A stretch of 64,000 bases of DNA from a virus. Shown here in pieces: positions 1 to 10,508 of the stretch. The DNA lies in IMG/VR virus record IMGVR_UViG_3300034200_001185, positions 1-64,000 of that record; one strand, 5' to 3'. Each line of letters opens with the position of its first letter. Positions within the stretch are counted from its first letter, which is position 1. The notes beneath the pieces were generated by a model. That model did no database searches and was not told the DNA's origin. It saw only the letters and a program-made list of their open reading frames with translations. Made by a program: the position numbers and the translations under genes.

Positions 1-1
1 C

Positions 2-3000
2 GGTGGTCGCCGTATCATTAGTATTATTACTCGTATCTTGGAAGATAACGAAATGCCATTTTATACCGATAAGAAGGGCGAACGTCAACATCTTGAAGTT
101 GCGTTACATCCTATTGGGTTTATTGGTCGTACTAATCCCGGACAACTACTTGAAGTAGCAGCGTCTAAGATTGCTGAAAAGACCAGAAAGCCTTATATCG
201 TGGATAACTTTAATAAGGACAGTAAGGATACGGTACGTGAACTTAAAGATGAAATGAAAAAGCACGGAGTTAGCGATCAAGAATTAGTTTACGATCCCGA
301 AACAAATAAAGCGCTTGGAAACGTACTTGCAGGTAAACAGTATATTTATAAACTACAACACCAAGTCGATAAAAAGATTACGGCAAGAGCTGGCGGTACT
401 CTTCCCGGTATTAAAGGTGCGCAGTATGATATTAATCATCAAGCCGTAAAGGGCGCTGGTATTGGCGGTCAAGCTATGGGTGCGCTTGGTATGTATGCAC
501 TCCTTGCACATAATGCACGTGCAAACATACAAGAAATGCAGACACATCACTCAACATATGAATTACCTACTAAGCCTGGCGAGTACTCTTCGGATGAGTA
601 TTGGTATTCGCTTATGAATGGTATGCCTACGCCATCTCCACAACCAACATTCGCTACCAAGAAATTCTTCGATTACTTAAAAGCGATGGGAATTAATCCT
701 GTAAGAAACGCAGACGAGTTTCAACTTGTGCCTATGACCGATAAGGACGTACTTAAACAATGTCCGCACAAAGTAACAAACCCAAGTAGAGCGATTATGG
801 GTAAGACGGGCGCAGAAGAAAAGGGCGGTTTATTCGATTTCCCTGACGGTAAGTTTAATAGTAAGGCGTGGGGACACATGGAGCTGGCAACACGAATTAT
901 CAATCCGGTATTCGAAAGGCCTATAGCTATTCTACTCGACATTCTTCAGAAAGATATCAGTTCGGTACTATCGGGTAAAATGCAGTTTAGCGGTGGTACG
1001 GGAATGAAAGCGGTGATTACAGCACTATCCAAGATTGACGTTAATTCAGAAGTCAAGCGATTGATTGCGCTAAGCGAAAAACAAAATATCGCCGATAGAG
1101 ATAAAACATTTAAAAAGCTAAAGATATTAAAAAATCTACAAAGATTAAACGTATCTCCTTACGAAGCTTATACTATGAAGTATGTACCCGTTCTTCCGCC
1201 AGTCATGCGTCCTATCGGTATCTCAGACATGGTAGATAACCTAGGCGATATTAAATCATCAGATGTAAATTCGCTTTACAGACAAATCGGTATGGCAAAT
1301 ATTCAAGTACGTGAGTTTCCACCTGAAGGCTTACCTGAAACAAGACAAGAATTAGAAAACGAATTGTACGATACAGTTAAAAAGACATACGTAGAAGGTG
1401 CGCTTGATAACAAAGGCTCTCCCGTTTCGTCCTTACTTCAGTATATTACAAATCCTAAAACTCGTTCTGGCCTTGCGCAAGGTAAGGAAGGCTTTTATCA
1501 AAGTAAGGTTATTAGTCGTAGAATTGAACTGAGCGGTAGAAGTGTTATCATTCCGGAACCTGATCTTACGCTAGACGAAGTAGGCCTTCCTAAAAAGATG
1601 GCGATGGTTATGTACCGCCCGTTTATTATTCGAGAAATCATCGGCGCTGGTTACAGTCCGGCAGCTGCCGTTAAGATATACCGAGAGGAGCCTAATAGCG
1701 CAACAGTAGTAACAGCACTTGAAAAGGCCGTAAAGACTCGTCCTATGATGTTAAAGCGCGATCCTATGCTACACAAGCATTCGTTATTAGCCTTTTACCC
1801 CAAGATCATTGACGCAAAGACTATTCAGATACATCCGATGGTATGTAAAGGATTCGGCGCAGACTTTGACGGTGATACTATGGCATGCTTTGTACCCGCA
1901 GGACCAAAAGCGGTAGAAGAAGCAAAAGGTATGCTACCAAGTAAAAACTTATTCGGTGCGAAAGACTTCGAGCTTATGAATATACCCGAATGGGATTCGG
2001 CATACGGTATTTGGCAATTATCCGATATTAAGTTTCAAGGTAAGCAATCATTCTCAAATATGGTAGACGCATACTTGGCAAACAAATCGAATAAGCTAGA
2101 ACTACGAGAAGGGTTTAAGTATAAGAACGGTATTACTACAATCGGCAGAATGAAACTACTTGACGCAATACCAGAAGAAATACGTCCTAAGTTTGTAGAT
2201 AAAGTTTTATACGGACCTTCGCTTACAAAGAAAGTAATGGAAAGCGTTCTTAAAGACGTAGCACGTACAAGACGAGATTTATTTCCTAAACTAGCAGACG
2301 CTTGGAAAGCGCTTGGTAATTCAAATGCGTTTGATGAAGGATCATCAGTCGGACTTCAAGACTTAGAATCCCATAAAGACATTCGTGATAAGCATTTAAA
2401 AATAGCAGATCAAAAGCTTGCGAAGCTTAAAACAATAACAGACGCAGATAAAATAACAGTGTTTAGCGAAGCTAATGCAAATATCGAAAAAGAGCTTAAG
2501 AATAAACTCGCAGAAAATCCGCATTCAAATCGTATGTACCTCTGGACTGCCGGTAGTGGCGCTGCAAATGGTAAGTACGAACAGTTTAAACAGATGATAT
2601 CCGCGCCTCTGCAAGTTCAAGACGCAGATTCTAACGTATCACCTGAGCCAATTCGTAAAGCTTATTCCGAAGGATTTAAAGGAATCGACTATTGGAATTC
2701 TTTACCCGGTGTTCGTGCCGGTACGCTTGCACGTAAGAAGGGTACAATGGAGCCGGGTGCAAGAGCGAAGGATATTATCAATCTCGGTATTAATTTGGTT
2801 GTAACCGAGGATGATTGCGGTACACATGCCGGTGTTGCAATTAATACCGAAGAGAAAGATACCGAGGGTAGATTCTTATGTGAACCTGTTACTTGTGGGC
2901 AGAAAACGTATAAATACAATACGCTAATTGATTCCGATATACTTAGCGATATTCGTAAAGAACATAAGTCAGTTAAAGTACGTAGCTCTCTTACATGCGC

Positions 3001-3877
3001 AATGACAAAAGGCGTATGTAAGAAGTGCCAAGGATTAACTGAGATGGGTCGTGAGTATGAAATCGGAGAAAACGCGGGTGTTAATTCTGCTCAGTCGTTA
3101 TCAGAACCGCTCACACAAATGGCGATGAAGTTGTTTCACACAGGCGGTGCTGCTACCGGCGGTAGTAGTTCTCACCATAATGCCGTTGACCGTCTTACTG
3201 AAATCTTCGAAATGCCGAAAACACTTCGTAATAAAGCAACAATTACTACAATCGACGGATCCGTTAAAAAGATCGAAGAGGATAAGGTAGCCGGTGGTTA
3301 TGTAATTACAATTGACGCAGAACAGTTTCGTGTACCAGCTGGTAAACAATTACTAGTAGGCGTGGGCGACGATGTTACTAAGGGTCAAGCGTTATGCAAT
3401 GGACCAATTAATCCACACGAACTATTAGAATGCGCCGGCATGGGCGCTGTTCGTGGATACTTACTTAAGGAAATGCATAGCGTATATGGATCTTACGGTA
3501 TTCGTAGAAGGCACGTGGAAACTATTCTACGAAATATGACAAATACCGTACAGATTATAAAGGATCCCGAGTACGAAATTCTACCTGGAGAGTCAATCGC
3601 TAGAACTCAAGCGCTTAACATTAATGAAGAGCGTAAAAAGGAATCGAAAGCTCCATTAGAATTTAAACCGATACTCAAGAGTATTTACGAATCTGTACAA
3701 TTAAATACAGAAGGCGACTTTTTAGCCGGCTTAAATTACCAAGAAATTCGCAATGTGGTTACAGAAGGTGTAACATACGGAGCAAAGAGTAAACTACATG
3801 GACTCAATCCGTTACCAGGTATCGCCTTTGGTGCCGAATTTGGTAAGGGAGATTCTAAGTTAAAGGGTAGCTATTAA
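2..3877 (+). CDS. rpoBC: Multisubunit DNA-directed RNA polymerase, beta C-terminal region fused to beta' (5' partial)
   Basis: Beta motifs: EMPF..HPIGFIGRTNPGQLLE, HQVDKKITAR, GGQAMG..ALLAHNA..IQEM. These run without a stop into beta' motifs: GGLFD..WGHMEL, SGRSVI, KRDPMLH, catalytic GADFDGD, EDDCGT, C..GVCKKC, trigger loop AQSLSEPLTQMAMKLFHTGG. The frame is open back to the window edge. Confidence 0.95.
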   Translation, partial: GGRRIISIITRILEDNEMPFYTDKKGERQHLEVALHPIGFIGRTNPGQLLEVAASKIAEKTRKPYIVDNFNKDSKDTVRELKDEMKKHGVSDQELVYDPETNKALGNVLAGKQYIYKLQHQVDKKITARAGGTLPGIKGAQYDINHQAVKGAGIGGQAMGALGMYALLAHNARANIQEMQTHHSTYELPTKPGEYSSDEYWYSLMNGMPTPSPQPTFATKKFFDYLKAMGINPVRNADEFQLVPMTDKDVLKQCPHKVTNPSRAIMGKTGAEEKGGLFDFPDGKFNSKAWGHMELATRIINPVFERPIAILLDILQKDISSVLSGKMQFSGGTGMKAVITALSKIDVNSEVKRLIALSEKQNIADRDKTFKKLKILKNLQRLNVSPYEAYTMKYVPVLPPVMRPIGISDMVDNLGDIKSSDVNSLYRQIGMANIQVREFPPEGLPETRQELENELYDTVKKTYVEGALDNKGSPVSSLLQYITNPKTRSGLAQGKEGFYQSKVISRRIELSGRSVIIPEPDLTLDEVGLPKKMAMVMYRPFIIREIIGAGYSPAAAVKIYREEPNSATVVTALEKAVKTRPMMLKRDPMLHKHSLLAFYPKIIDAKTIQIHPMVCKGFGADFDGDTMACFVPAGPKAVEEAKGMLPSKNLFGAKDFELMNIPEWDSAYGIWQLSDIKFQGKQSFSNMVDAYLANKSNKLELREGFKYKNGITTIGRMKLLDAIPEEIRPKFVDKVLYGPSLTKKVMESVLKDVARTRRDLFPKLADAWKALGNSNAFDEGSSVGLQDLESHKDIRDKHLKIADQKLAKLKTITDADKITVFSEANANIEKELKNKLAENPHSNRMYLWTAGSGAANGKYEQFKQMISAPLQVQDADSNVSPEPIRKAYSEGFKGIDYWNSLPGVRAGTLARKKGTMEPGARAKDIINLGINLVVTEDDCGTHAGVAINTEEKDTEGRFLCEPVTCGQKTYKYNTLIDSDILSDIRKEHKSVKVRSSLTCAMTKGVCKKCQGLTEMGREYEIGENAGVNSAQSLSEPLTQMAMKLFHTGGAATGGSSSHHNAVDRLTEIFEMPKTLRNKATITTIDGSVKKIEEDKVAGGYVITIDAEQFRVPAGKQLLVGVGDDVTKGQALCNGPINPHELLECAGMGAVRGYLLKEMHSVYGSYGIRRRHVETILRNMTNTVQIIKDPEYEILPGESIARTQALNINEERKKESKAPLEFKPILKSIYESVQLNTEGDFLAGLNYQEIRNVVTEGVTYGAKSKLHGLNPLPGIAFGAEFGKGDSKLKGSY

Positions 3878-4926
3878 TGTACGATGTGATTCGAGAGACG
3901 CCTGCCACAATTCGATCTGCTATTGTATTAGCAGTCGATCCTGAAAGAGGCGTCTGCACAGTAAAAACTAACGATATTACAGGACGACTGTATAAAGATA
4001 TTCCGTACAGTACTGGATATCTTAGTCCAAACGGTGGCGGTATCGATATTTGTCCTGAACGTAATTCTCAGTGTTGGGTTATGTCTCGTTCATCTGACGC
4101 AATGTCACCGAATGACGGAGAGGCAAGTATTATCGCATTTAAGACACCTCGTATTAAAGACCAATACTTAAACAAGCGTATTAAGTTATTACCGGGCGAT
4201 TTAAGATTCTCGACAAGTGGCGGAAACGAGTTTATGCTGAGAAAGAACGGAGACGTTTATATATTCAGCGGAGCTGCGTGTTCTTTATCGCTTGTATCTT
4301 CCGAAGAGCTTGTAAAAATGGTATCACCGTCCTTTGAACATAACTTTGGTGCCGGTAATGTTTCGTGGCAAGTAAACTCGTCAATTGCAGGCGGACCTAC
4401 GTCATGTTCATTTGGACTTAAGCGAAATTCTTCTGATTCGCTTCCTTACTTACAAATGCTTGCGGGCGAATCTATGGGTGGGGGATTAAACGTGTCAATG
4501 TACGTAGATGGGGAACAATCATCAATTCAATTCGAATTAGATGTATCAAATGAAGGTGTGTGTGCTATGTTTATTCGTAAGTCGCTCACAGTATCTACGG
4601 AAGACAGTATTAATTTAACATCTCGTGTAATTAATGTCGCCGGATCAGAAAGTGTTTCGATATCCGCATCTCAATCATCGGTAGTAGCAACGAGTAATAA
4701 ATTAACCTTAACTGCTGACGTTGTTGAGATTTGTGCTAAACAATTTATAATAAACGATTATGGGGCTAATGTGCTAACGACTGCATCTGATGGATCTTCT
4801 ACGGTTCTTAGTTCTAATTTATTCGACTTACTGAAAAATCATTCTCACACAAGTTTAGGTACTCCGTCAGAAACTCTTTCAGTATTATCCGTCGATCCAT
4901 ACTCTACAAAATCTAAACTCATATAG
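3877..4926 (+). CDS. Putative baseplate central spike (gp5/GpV-like)
   Basis: N-terminal OB-fold-like pattern (VLAVDPERGVCTVK..GGGIDICPE..CWV) and a C-terminal beta-strand repeat region. TAATG overlap with the RNAP stop. Confidence 0.5.
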   Translation: MYDVIRETPATIRSAIVLAVDPERGVCTVKTNDITGRLYKDIPYSTGYLSPNGGGIDICPERNSQCWVMSRSSDAMSPNDGEASIIAFKTPRIKDQYLNKRIKLLPGDLRFSTSGGNEFMLRKNGDVYIFSGAACSLSLVSSEELVKMVSPSFEHNFGAGNVSWQVNSSIAGGPTSCSFGLKRNSSDSLPYLQMLAGESMGGGLNVSMYVDGEQSSIQFELDVSNEGVCAMFIRKSLTVSTEDSINLTSRVINVAGSESVSISASQSSVVATSNKLTLTADVVEICAKQFIINDYGANVLTTASDGSSTVLSSNLFDLLKNHSHTSLGTPSETLSVLSVDPYSTKSKLI

Positions 4927-4934
4927 GAGAAGAT

Positions 4935-7022
4935 ATGTATTTACAACCGCTATTTCATAGTAGACCAACATTCACCGAAAAGACAGCATCGCCTGTAACA
5001 ACTCGTCTTCCAGATGATTCGAGTAAGTGGGCGCCAGTAGTCCTTAGCGAACTACATAAACAAGCTCCGATGATGCAAGACTTTCATTCGAATATTGTAT
5101 TAGATCGCGTAGAAGTAAATAAAGGTTTCGGTTTCGGTTATATTATTGCAAAGCCAAAATCGTCAAATCCATTACTCGCTACTAAAATGCCTTACATTCG
5201 TATTCCTGTTGTAATACGTAATTGGAAGTTAGCACCATTCGATATTTTCTTCGATCAATCCGGTAAGGGTTATCCGATTACCGAACGTAGAATTCAAGAC
5301 TCGCTTATGAGAACTGACGCATTTGACGGACCAGCTTCCGATAGTGATGGCGGTTCAAACGATATGAGAACAATGCTTACACCTCCTTGGGAAAACGTTG
5401 GTCAATTCTATCGTGGTGTAAACACTGCCGTATCTCAAGGATCGCAAGTTAAAACATCAAGCTTGCTAAACGCACTCGACGGTACTGTTGACGAGAAATC
5501 AATTCTTCAACTTGAAAAGTGGGTTAACTCAGACGAAGGTATTCGTTCTCTTTATGATCGTGATGTACAAGGCGCTTTCCTTGATGCGCTTAATTTAAAT
5601 CCCGGCTTTCAAGGCGATTATATTAAGACTGCGGAATCAAGTGGTCCAACCGTTATTCAATATCGTTGGGATGGCGGTAAGAATATGACCGTAAAGATTG
5701 CACAACCAGATGGGTTTGCACCACAACAAGGTCAAGTAGACGCACAACAAGCTGCGCAAGGTATGGATCCAAACCAACAAGCGCAAGTAGCTCAAGAAGG
5801 CGCAGCCGTACAAGCGCCACCTGCTGAAATTATTTCGCCAGAACAATTAGAGTCAGACGAATATATGCCAGTGTCACAATTCGGCGTATATAAAGTACTT
5901 ACAGTAAATAACGAACAATTAGTCGGTTGGGTGTTTCCTTATATTCTTTCGTTTAAGATGGAAAAGGTAAACATGGCCGTATTTACAGATGGTACAAACT
6001 ACGCCACACATGCGTCTATACCCGGTGTGCCTATCGGAAGTTCTACATCCTTGCCAAACGAACAACCACAAGGCAGAGGCGTATTCTATGTAATTCGTGG
6101 GGGTAGAGCGTTTTGCTTTGCTCCAGTCGAATTAATGGGCGAACAAACACAGCCAGACGGTAGTAGCATGTTTATGGCGCAAACAATCATCGGTGGAAAT
6201 CAAATACAACTAATGAAGGTGCAAGGCCTTCGCGCTGCTGCTGAAATGGGCGAAAGCGTATTCGGTATTCCGGAAGACGCTAAGTGGCTCGGATTTAAAC
6301 ATCAAACAAATCCTTTAGTCGAAGATCCAGCACAAGCTACACAACGTGGCGCAACATACGTAATGGCAAGAGCTGCGCAATTACAACAGCAACAAATGGC
6401 GCAACAACAAGCCGCTGCTCAGCAACAACAAGGCGGAAAGAAGGGCGGAGGTCAAACAAAGACATCTAGCCTTATGGCCACAATTCGTGCTACTCAAGAC
6501 GGTACTTACACATTATCCGGAGAGCCATTCGAAAAGATTGCGTATGAATATACTCACTTCTTAGACGAACATGATACCGCTTGGATGTTAGCGCTTGCAG
6601 GTATTGCACCTGAGTACACAATGGATAAACTCGCAAGTATTCATACTTATGGCGGGTACTTACAATTCCCCGTAATTAGACAACTTACTCCGCCAAAACA
6701 ATTCCACGTAAAGACAGCTGCGCTTACGGAACTTACAAGTAAGTATAAGAGATTTATGGCTAAGCACGCAGCGGCTCTCGAAGATCCTATGGTCGCTGAT
6801 ACGCTTTTATCTCTTAACTTTTTAACACCCAGAAACGTAACAACATTCATTGATTACTTAGATCAACTCGAAGATACAGTAAATGCGGTATCTAACTTGT
6901 TGCTTGCGTCAAGAGTAGGTATGAAAGAAATACCAGAGATTGCTTGCTCGGAAACCTTGCGTAATTTAGAAGACGTGATTAATGGTTTAAAGATGGTAGC
7001 AATGAAACGAGGTAAGTTGTAA
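4935..7022 (+). CDS. Hypothetical virion/prohead core protein, 695 aa, with many K-x-A/K-T-S motifs
   Basis: SD AGGAG. Motifs EKTAS, VKTSS, IKTAE, TKTSS, EKIAY, DKLAS, VKTAA. Q/A-rich linkers. Confidence 0.6.
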   Translation: MYLQPLFHSRPTFTEKTASPVTTRLPDDSSKWAPVVLSELHKQAPMMQDFHSNIVLDRVEVNKGFGFGYIIAKPKSSNPLLATKMPYIRIPVVIRNWKLAPFDIFFDQSGKGYPITERRIQDSLMRTDAFDGPASDSDGGSNDMRTMLTPPWENVGQFYRGVNTAVSQGSQVKTSSLLNALDGTVDEKSILQLEKWVNSDEGIRSLYDRDVQGAFLDALNLNPGFQGDYIKTAESSGPTVIQYRWDGGKNMTVKIAQPDGFAPQQGQVDAQQAAQGMDPNQQAQVAQEGAAVQAPPAEIISPEQLESDEYMPVSQFGVYKVLTVNNEQLVGWVFPYILSFKMEKVNMAVFTDGTNYATHASIPGVPIGSSTSLPNEQPQGRGVFYVIRGGRAFCFAPVELMGEQTQPDGSSMFMAQTIIGGNQIQLMKVQGLRAAAEMGESVFGIPEDAKWLGFKHQTNPLVEDPAQATQRGATYVMARAAQLQQQQMAQQQAAAQQQQGGKKGGGQTKTSSLMATIRATQDGTYTLSGEPFEKIAYEYTHFLDEHDTAWMLALAGIAPEYTMDKLASIHTYGGYLQFPVIRQLTPPKQFHVKTAALTELTSKYKRFMAKHAAALEDPMVADTLLSLNFLTPRNVTTFIDYLDQLEDTVNAVSNLLLASRVGMKEIPEIACSETLRNLEDVINGLKMVAMKRGKL

Positions 7023-7864
7023 TGCGTCATCCAAGCGAATTATTCATCAAGTATCTAATCGTACTTGATTACGATGTAGATAAGATTAAGGAAAACTTAG
7101 CAGAGTTCGGTTTACCTACATTACTCGATGATGAACACGCAGATTATGTATCCGATTTAAAAAAGGACATAGACGCTAAGAAGCCTAAGTCATTTTTTAT
7201 CGGTAGCCTAGACGAGTCGGCTATTAAGTTTTTGAAAGATATTCGTATTTATAGCCTTGTACATCCAGATACAACAATTACGCAATGTATAGCACTACTT
7301 GATAACGCACAAGCTAGACGAGAGATATTTCTAGCGTTGCTCGGTAAGATACCAGAGAAAGAACTCGTACATCATTTGTCGTTTAAGTTTAAGATTGACA
7401 ACTTATCTGAACGAGTGATACAAGTATTCTCCCATTATTATTTCAACGTGGATATCTTATCTATCGAGGATTGGTGTAAATTGTTCGAAACAATGCAAGG
7501 TGGTAATGACGCCAAAGGTTATGAAGCGTGCCTTACCGGCGGTGCCATTGTTGCGTCTTACCGAATAGGTGTAGAGCAGAACATCACAATTCGAGAAGTA
7601 GTAAAAGAAGCGGTGACGGCCTTGTATGTTTCGCTACAAGAAATAAGACATTGGCCGGCATCGTCTTCAAAGATAAAAGTGTTATCGGATACGGTAAGCG
7701 CACTTGCAAAAGCACACGTTGTTATTAATACCGCTGATCAAGAACTAGCTAGCGTAGCAGAAGAGCTTAGACAGTTTAAGTTGGCGAGAAATACCAATAA
7801 ACCAATCGCGTTGGTAGCCTTAGCGGGACCCAACCATAGTCACTCAGGTAAGATACATGACTGA
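7022..7864 (+). CDS. Hypothetical protein (terminase small subunit possible by position only)
   Basis: 280-aa helical ORF, translationally coupled, upstream of TerL. Confidence 0.55.
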   Translation: MRHPSELFIKYLIVLDYDVDKIKENLAEFGLPTLLDDEHADYVSDLKKDIDAKKPKSFFIGSLDESAIKFLKDIRIYSLVHPDTTITQCIALLDNAQARREIFLALLGKIPEKELVHHLSFKFKIDNLSERVIQVFSHYYFNVDILSIEDWCKLFETMQGGNDAKGYEACLTGGAIVASYRIGVEQNITIREVVKEAVTALYVSLQEIRHWPASSSKIKVLSDTVSALAKAHVVINTADQELASVAEELRQFKLARNTNKPIALVALAGPNHSHSGKIHD

Positions 7865-8246
7865 TCTAGATAAAGCATTCGAAGGATTTATACATAAATC
7901 GTATAAAGCAGATCCAATCGAATTCCACGAGACTAAATCTCCGTATTTTAATTGTTTGTTTGCAGAACGAGGATTAGATTTAATCTTCCAATTCTATCGT
8001 ACAGACTTATCTACGGATGATATTCTACTAGGCAGAATTGAGAATATATTCTTAGATTGCCTAGGCGCACTTAAACAAGCATTAAAAGTAGAACACGTCG
8101 TTGACGAGAACATCGACAAGGGCAGTAGTATCTACGTAGAAGTTAAAGGATTACGCAATAATAATTATGCAAAGCAGTTATTGTTTCGTAAGCCTTTTGA
8201 AGAATTACATGAGTCGTTTATAAACAAGGATAAGAAAAATGGATGA
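7857..8246 (+). CDS. Hypothetical protein
   Basis: 129-aa coupled ORF. Confidence 0.6.
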   Translation: MTDLDKAFEGFIHKSYKADPIEFHETKSPYFNCLFAERGLDLIFQFYRTDLSTDDILLGRIENIFLDCLGALKQALKVEHVVDENIDKGSSIYVEVKGLRNNNYAKQLLFRKPFEELHESFINKDKKNG

Positions 8247-8445
8247 ATTTATTACCGTAATCATTGTATTACTTTCGTGCTTAATGGCAGTCGTAATGGC
8301 AGCGCCAATTGAAGATCCGCCAGTATCCGTAAGAGTTTCGGATAAGAGTGTGGCTAAGATCGATCAAAAGGTTATCGATATGTTAATTATCGTAGATCCT
8401 GAAACAATTGATCAAGACGAAGAGCCTGAAGGTAGATGCCGTTAA
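8239..8445 (+). CDS. Small protein with N-terminal hydrophobic helix
   Basis: FITVIIVLLSCLMAVVMAA followed by an acidic tail. Confidence 0.55.
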   Translation: MDEFITVIIVLLSCLMAVVMAAPIEDPPVSVRVSDKSVAKIDQKVIDMLIIVDPETIDQDEEPEGRCR

Positions 8446-8747
8446 TCTGGCGTCCAAGCTGGCGTAATTCTTCTTTTAGCGTAAAGTTTAATTGTTAGTA
8501 CGTATTCTAATTTAATCTCTCCAGCGTATAATTCCTTTTGTTTAACGTAATCTCTTATCGCTTGCCTAAGATACGTGTGTAGTTCTTTAGGTATATTTGA
8601 AATTATCGGAAAAGATAGTAAAACATATAGCGGATCAACGGTAGTTGTAACACTTGCACGCGTTAAATCAATCGCGTCAAATGTTACCAAGTTTATCATC
8701 GAGCCAAGAGGCTGAATGAGCGAGTTAGCGCGTTCAACAATATTCAT
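8442..8747 (-). CDS. Hypothetical protein
   Basis: 101-aa ORF filling a gap with no + strand ORF. No clear SD. Confidence 0.5.
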   Translation of the reverse strand: MNIVERANSLIQPLGSMINLVTFDAIDLTRASVTTTVDPLYVLLSFPIISNIPKELHTYLRQAIRDYVKQKELYAGEIKLEYVLTIKLYAKRRITPAWTPD

Positions 8748-8756
8748 GGAGATTAA

Positions 8757-10508
8757 ATGCCTATATTCAAGAATACGAGTTCCGTACGAGACGGACTTAG
8801 TAAAAGTTATCGAGTTCGTCCGTATATCGCAGATCCGAATCCAATCATAGAAGAATGGGATTTAGAGCCGGACATACAAGACGTAGAAATATCTAAATCA
8901 ATTATAACAGAAGTACACCCAACAGACTTTGTAGAGTTTGCAGTTGTTATTCCAGATCAAGCGAGTAAGCAGTTAAAACAATTCTCGTTTGCAGAACGTA
9001 GGTACCTAAAACCTGTATACGATACAACATCACCACGTGTATTACTAAAGTGCGGTCGTCAAGTAGAAAAGAGTACATATCTCGGCAATCGCTTGCTTGC
9101 GCTTACATGCATTCAGCCAAACTTTACATCTTTGTACGTAAGTCCTACAAACGAGCAGACTAAGACATTCTCAAACGACCGTATTCGAGAACCATTAGAA
9201 ACAAGTGTTAGATTACAAGCGTGGACAAATTCATCTTTAAGTCAGAACGTATTTAGAAAGAAATTCATCAATCGATCTCAAATTGTTTTAAGGTATGCAT
9301 TCTTAAACGCAGACCGTGTGCGCGGTATTCCAGCAGACTTAGTTTGTATAGACGAGATACAAGATATTTTAACGGATAACATTCCTGTTATCGAAGAATG
9401 TATTTCACACAGTTCTTTTAAGTTTAAATTATACGCAGGTACTCCCAAATCTCTCGATAATACAATCGAAGGTTTGTGGGTAGAAGAATCTACGCAGAAT
9501 GAATGGGTAGTTCCGTGCGACTCTTGTGGCGGAGGTGCTTATCGTTATTGGAACGTACTAGGTGAAGAAAACATAGGAAGGCATTCTCTTATATGCGATA
9601 AATGCAAAAAACCATTAAATCCAATGCACAATGACGCGCAGTGGGCAAGTATGAATCCAAATCCACGTGTTCCTTACCCAATGGAAGGGTACCGTGTTCC
9701 TCAAATCATGGTACCGTGGATGCCTTGGGATGATATTTTAAACAAGCAGATGACTTACTCTCGTGCTAAGTTTCATAATGAAGTACTCGGCCAATCCTAC
9801 GATAGTGGTACTCGTCCCTTAACTCGTTTTGACGTAGAAGAAAACTGCTCAAAGACAATCGGACTTGGCCCGGATTCATTACGCATTCAATTGTCAAAAT
9901 GTTCCGGAAAGGTAGTTTATATGGGCATAGACTGGGGTACAGGCGAAAACACATACACGGTAATTGTAATCGGGGTATATATTGATAGTTTCTTTCACAT
10001 AGTTTACGCAAAGCGTTGTGAAGGGCCTGAGAGCGAGCCTGATGCGCAACTTGCAATCATTGAAGAGTTAGTACGTACTTGGAAGGTACAATTTATAGGG
10101 TGCGACTACGGTGGTGGTTTCGATAGAAATGATAAGCTCATTCGTAAGTATGGTATTCAAAAGGTATTCAAGTATCAGTATTCGTCAATTACAGGTAGTA
10201 AGTGGAAATGGGAACAAGGCTTAGCGAGATACCTTGTAAATAGAACGGAATTAATGAGCGATATATTTAATGCGATTAAGAGAAGAACGATATTTAAGTT
10301 TCCGAAATGGCTTGATTGGGAAAAGCCGTTTGCGCAAGATATGCTAAACATATTTTCGGAATACTCAGAAGAACGAAAAATGAACGAATATAAAAAGAGT
10401 AAATCCGTAACAGATGATACGTTTCACGCAATACTATTATGCTTTCTCGTATCTCAAATGACTACGCCTCGTCCAGATGTTCTAGTTCCGTCAAAGGAAA
10501 GTCAATAA
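8757..10508 (+). CDS. terL: Terminase large subunit (GpA-like)
   Basis: Walker A-like KCGRQVEKST, Walker B LVCIDEIQD, coupling GTP, Zn-binding Cys pairs, RNase H-like nuclease MGIDWG..DYGGG..DDTFHA. SD GGAG. Confidence 0.9.
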   Translation: MPIFKNTSSVRDGLSKSYRVRPYIADPNPIIEEWDLEPDIQDVEISKSIITEVHPTDFVEFAVVIPDQASKQLKQFSFAERRYLKPVYDTTSPRVLLKCGRQVEKSTYLGNRLLALTCIQPNFTSLYVSPTNEQTKTFSNDRIREPLETSVRLQAWTNSSLSQNVFRKKFINRSQIVLRYAFLNADRVRGIPADLVCIDEIQDILTDNIPVIEECISHSSFKFKLYAGTPKSLDNTIEGLWVEESTQNEWVVPCDSCGGGAYRYWNVLGEENIGRHSLICDKCKKPLNPMHNDAQWASMNPNPRVPYPMEGYRVPQIMVPWMPWDDILNKQMTYSRAKFHNEVLGQSYDSGTRPLTRFDVEENCSKTIGLGPDSLRIQLSKCSGKVVYMGIDWGTGENTYTVIVIGVYIDSFFHIVYAKRCEGPESEPDAQLAIIEELVRTWKVQFIGCDYGGGFDRNDKLIRKYGIQKVFKYQYSSITGSKWKWEQGLARYLVNRTELMSDIFNAIKRRTIFKFPKWLDWEKPFAQDMLNIFSEYSEERKMNEYKKSKSVTDDTFHAILLCFLVSQMTTPRPDVLVPSKESQ

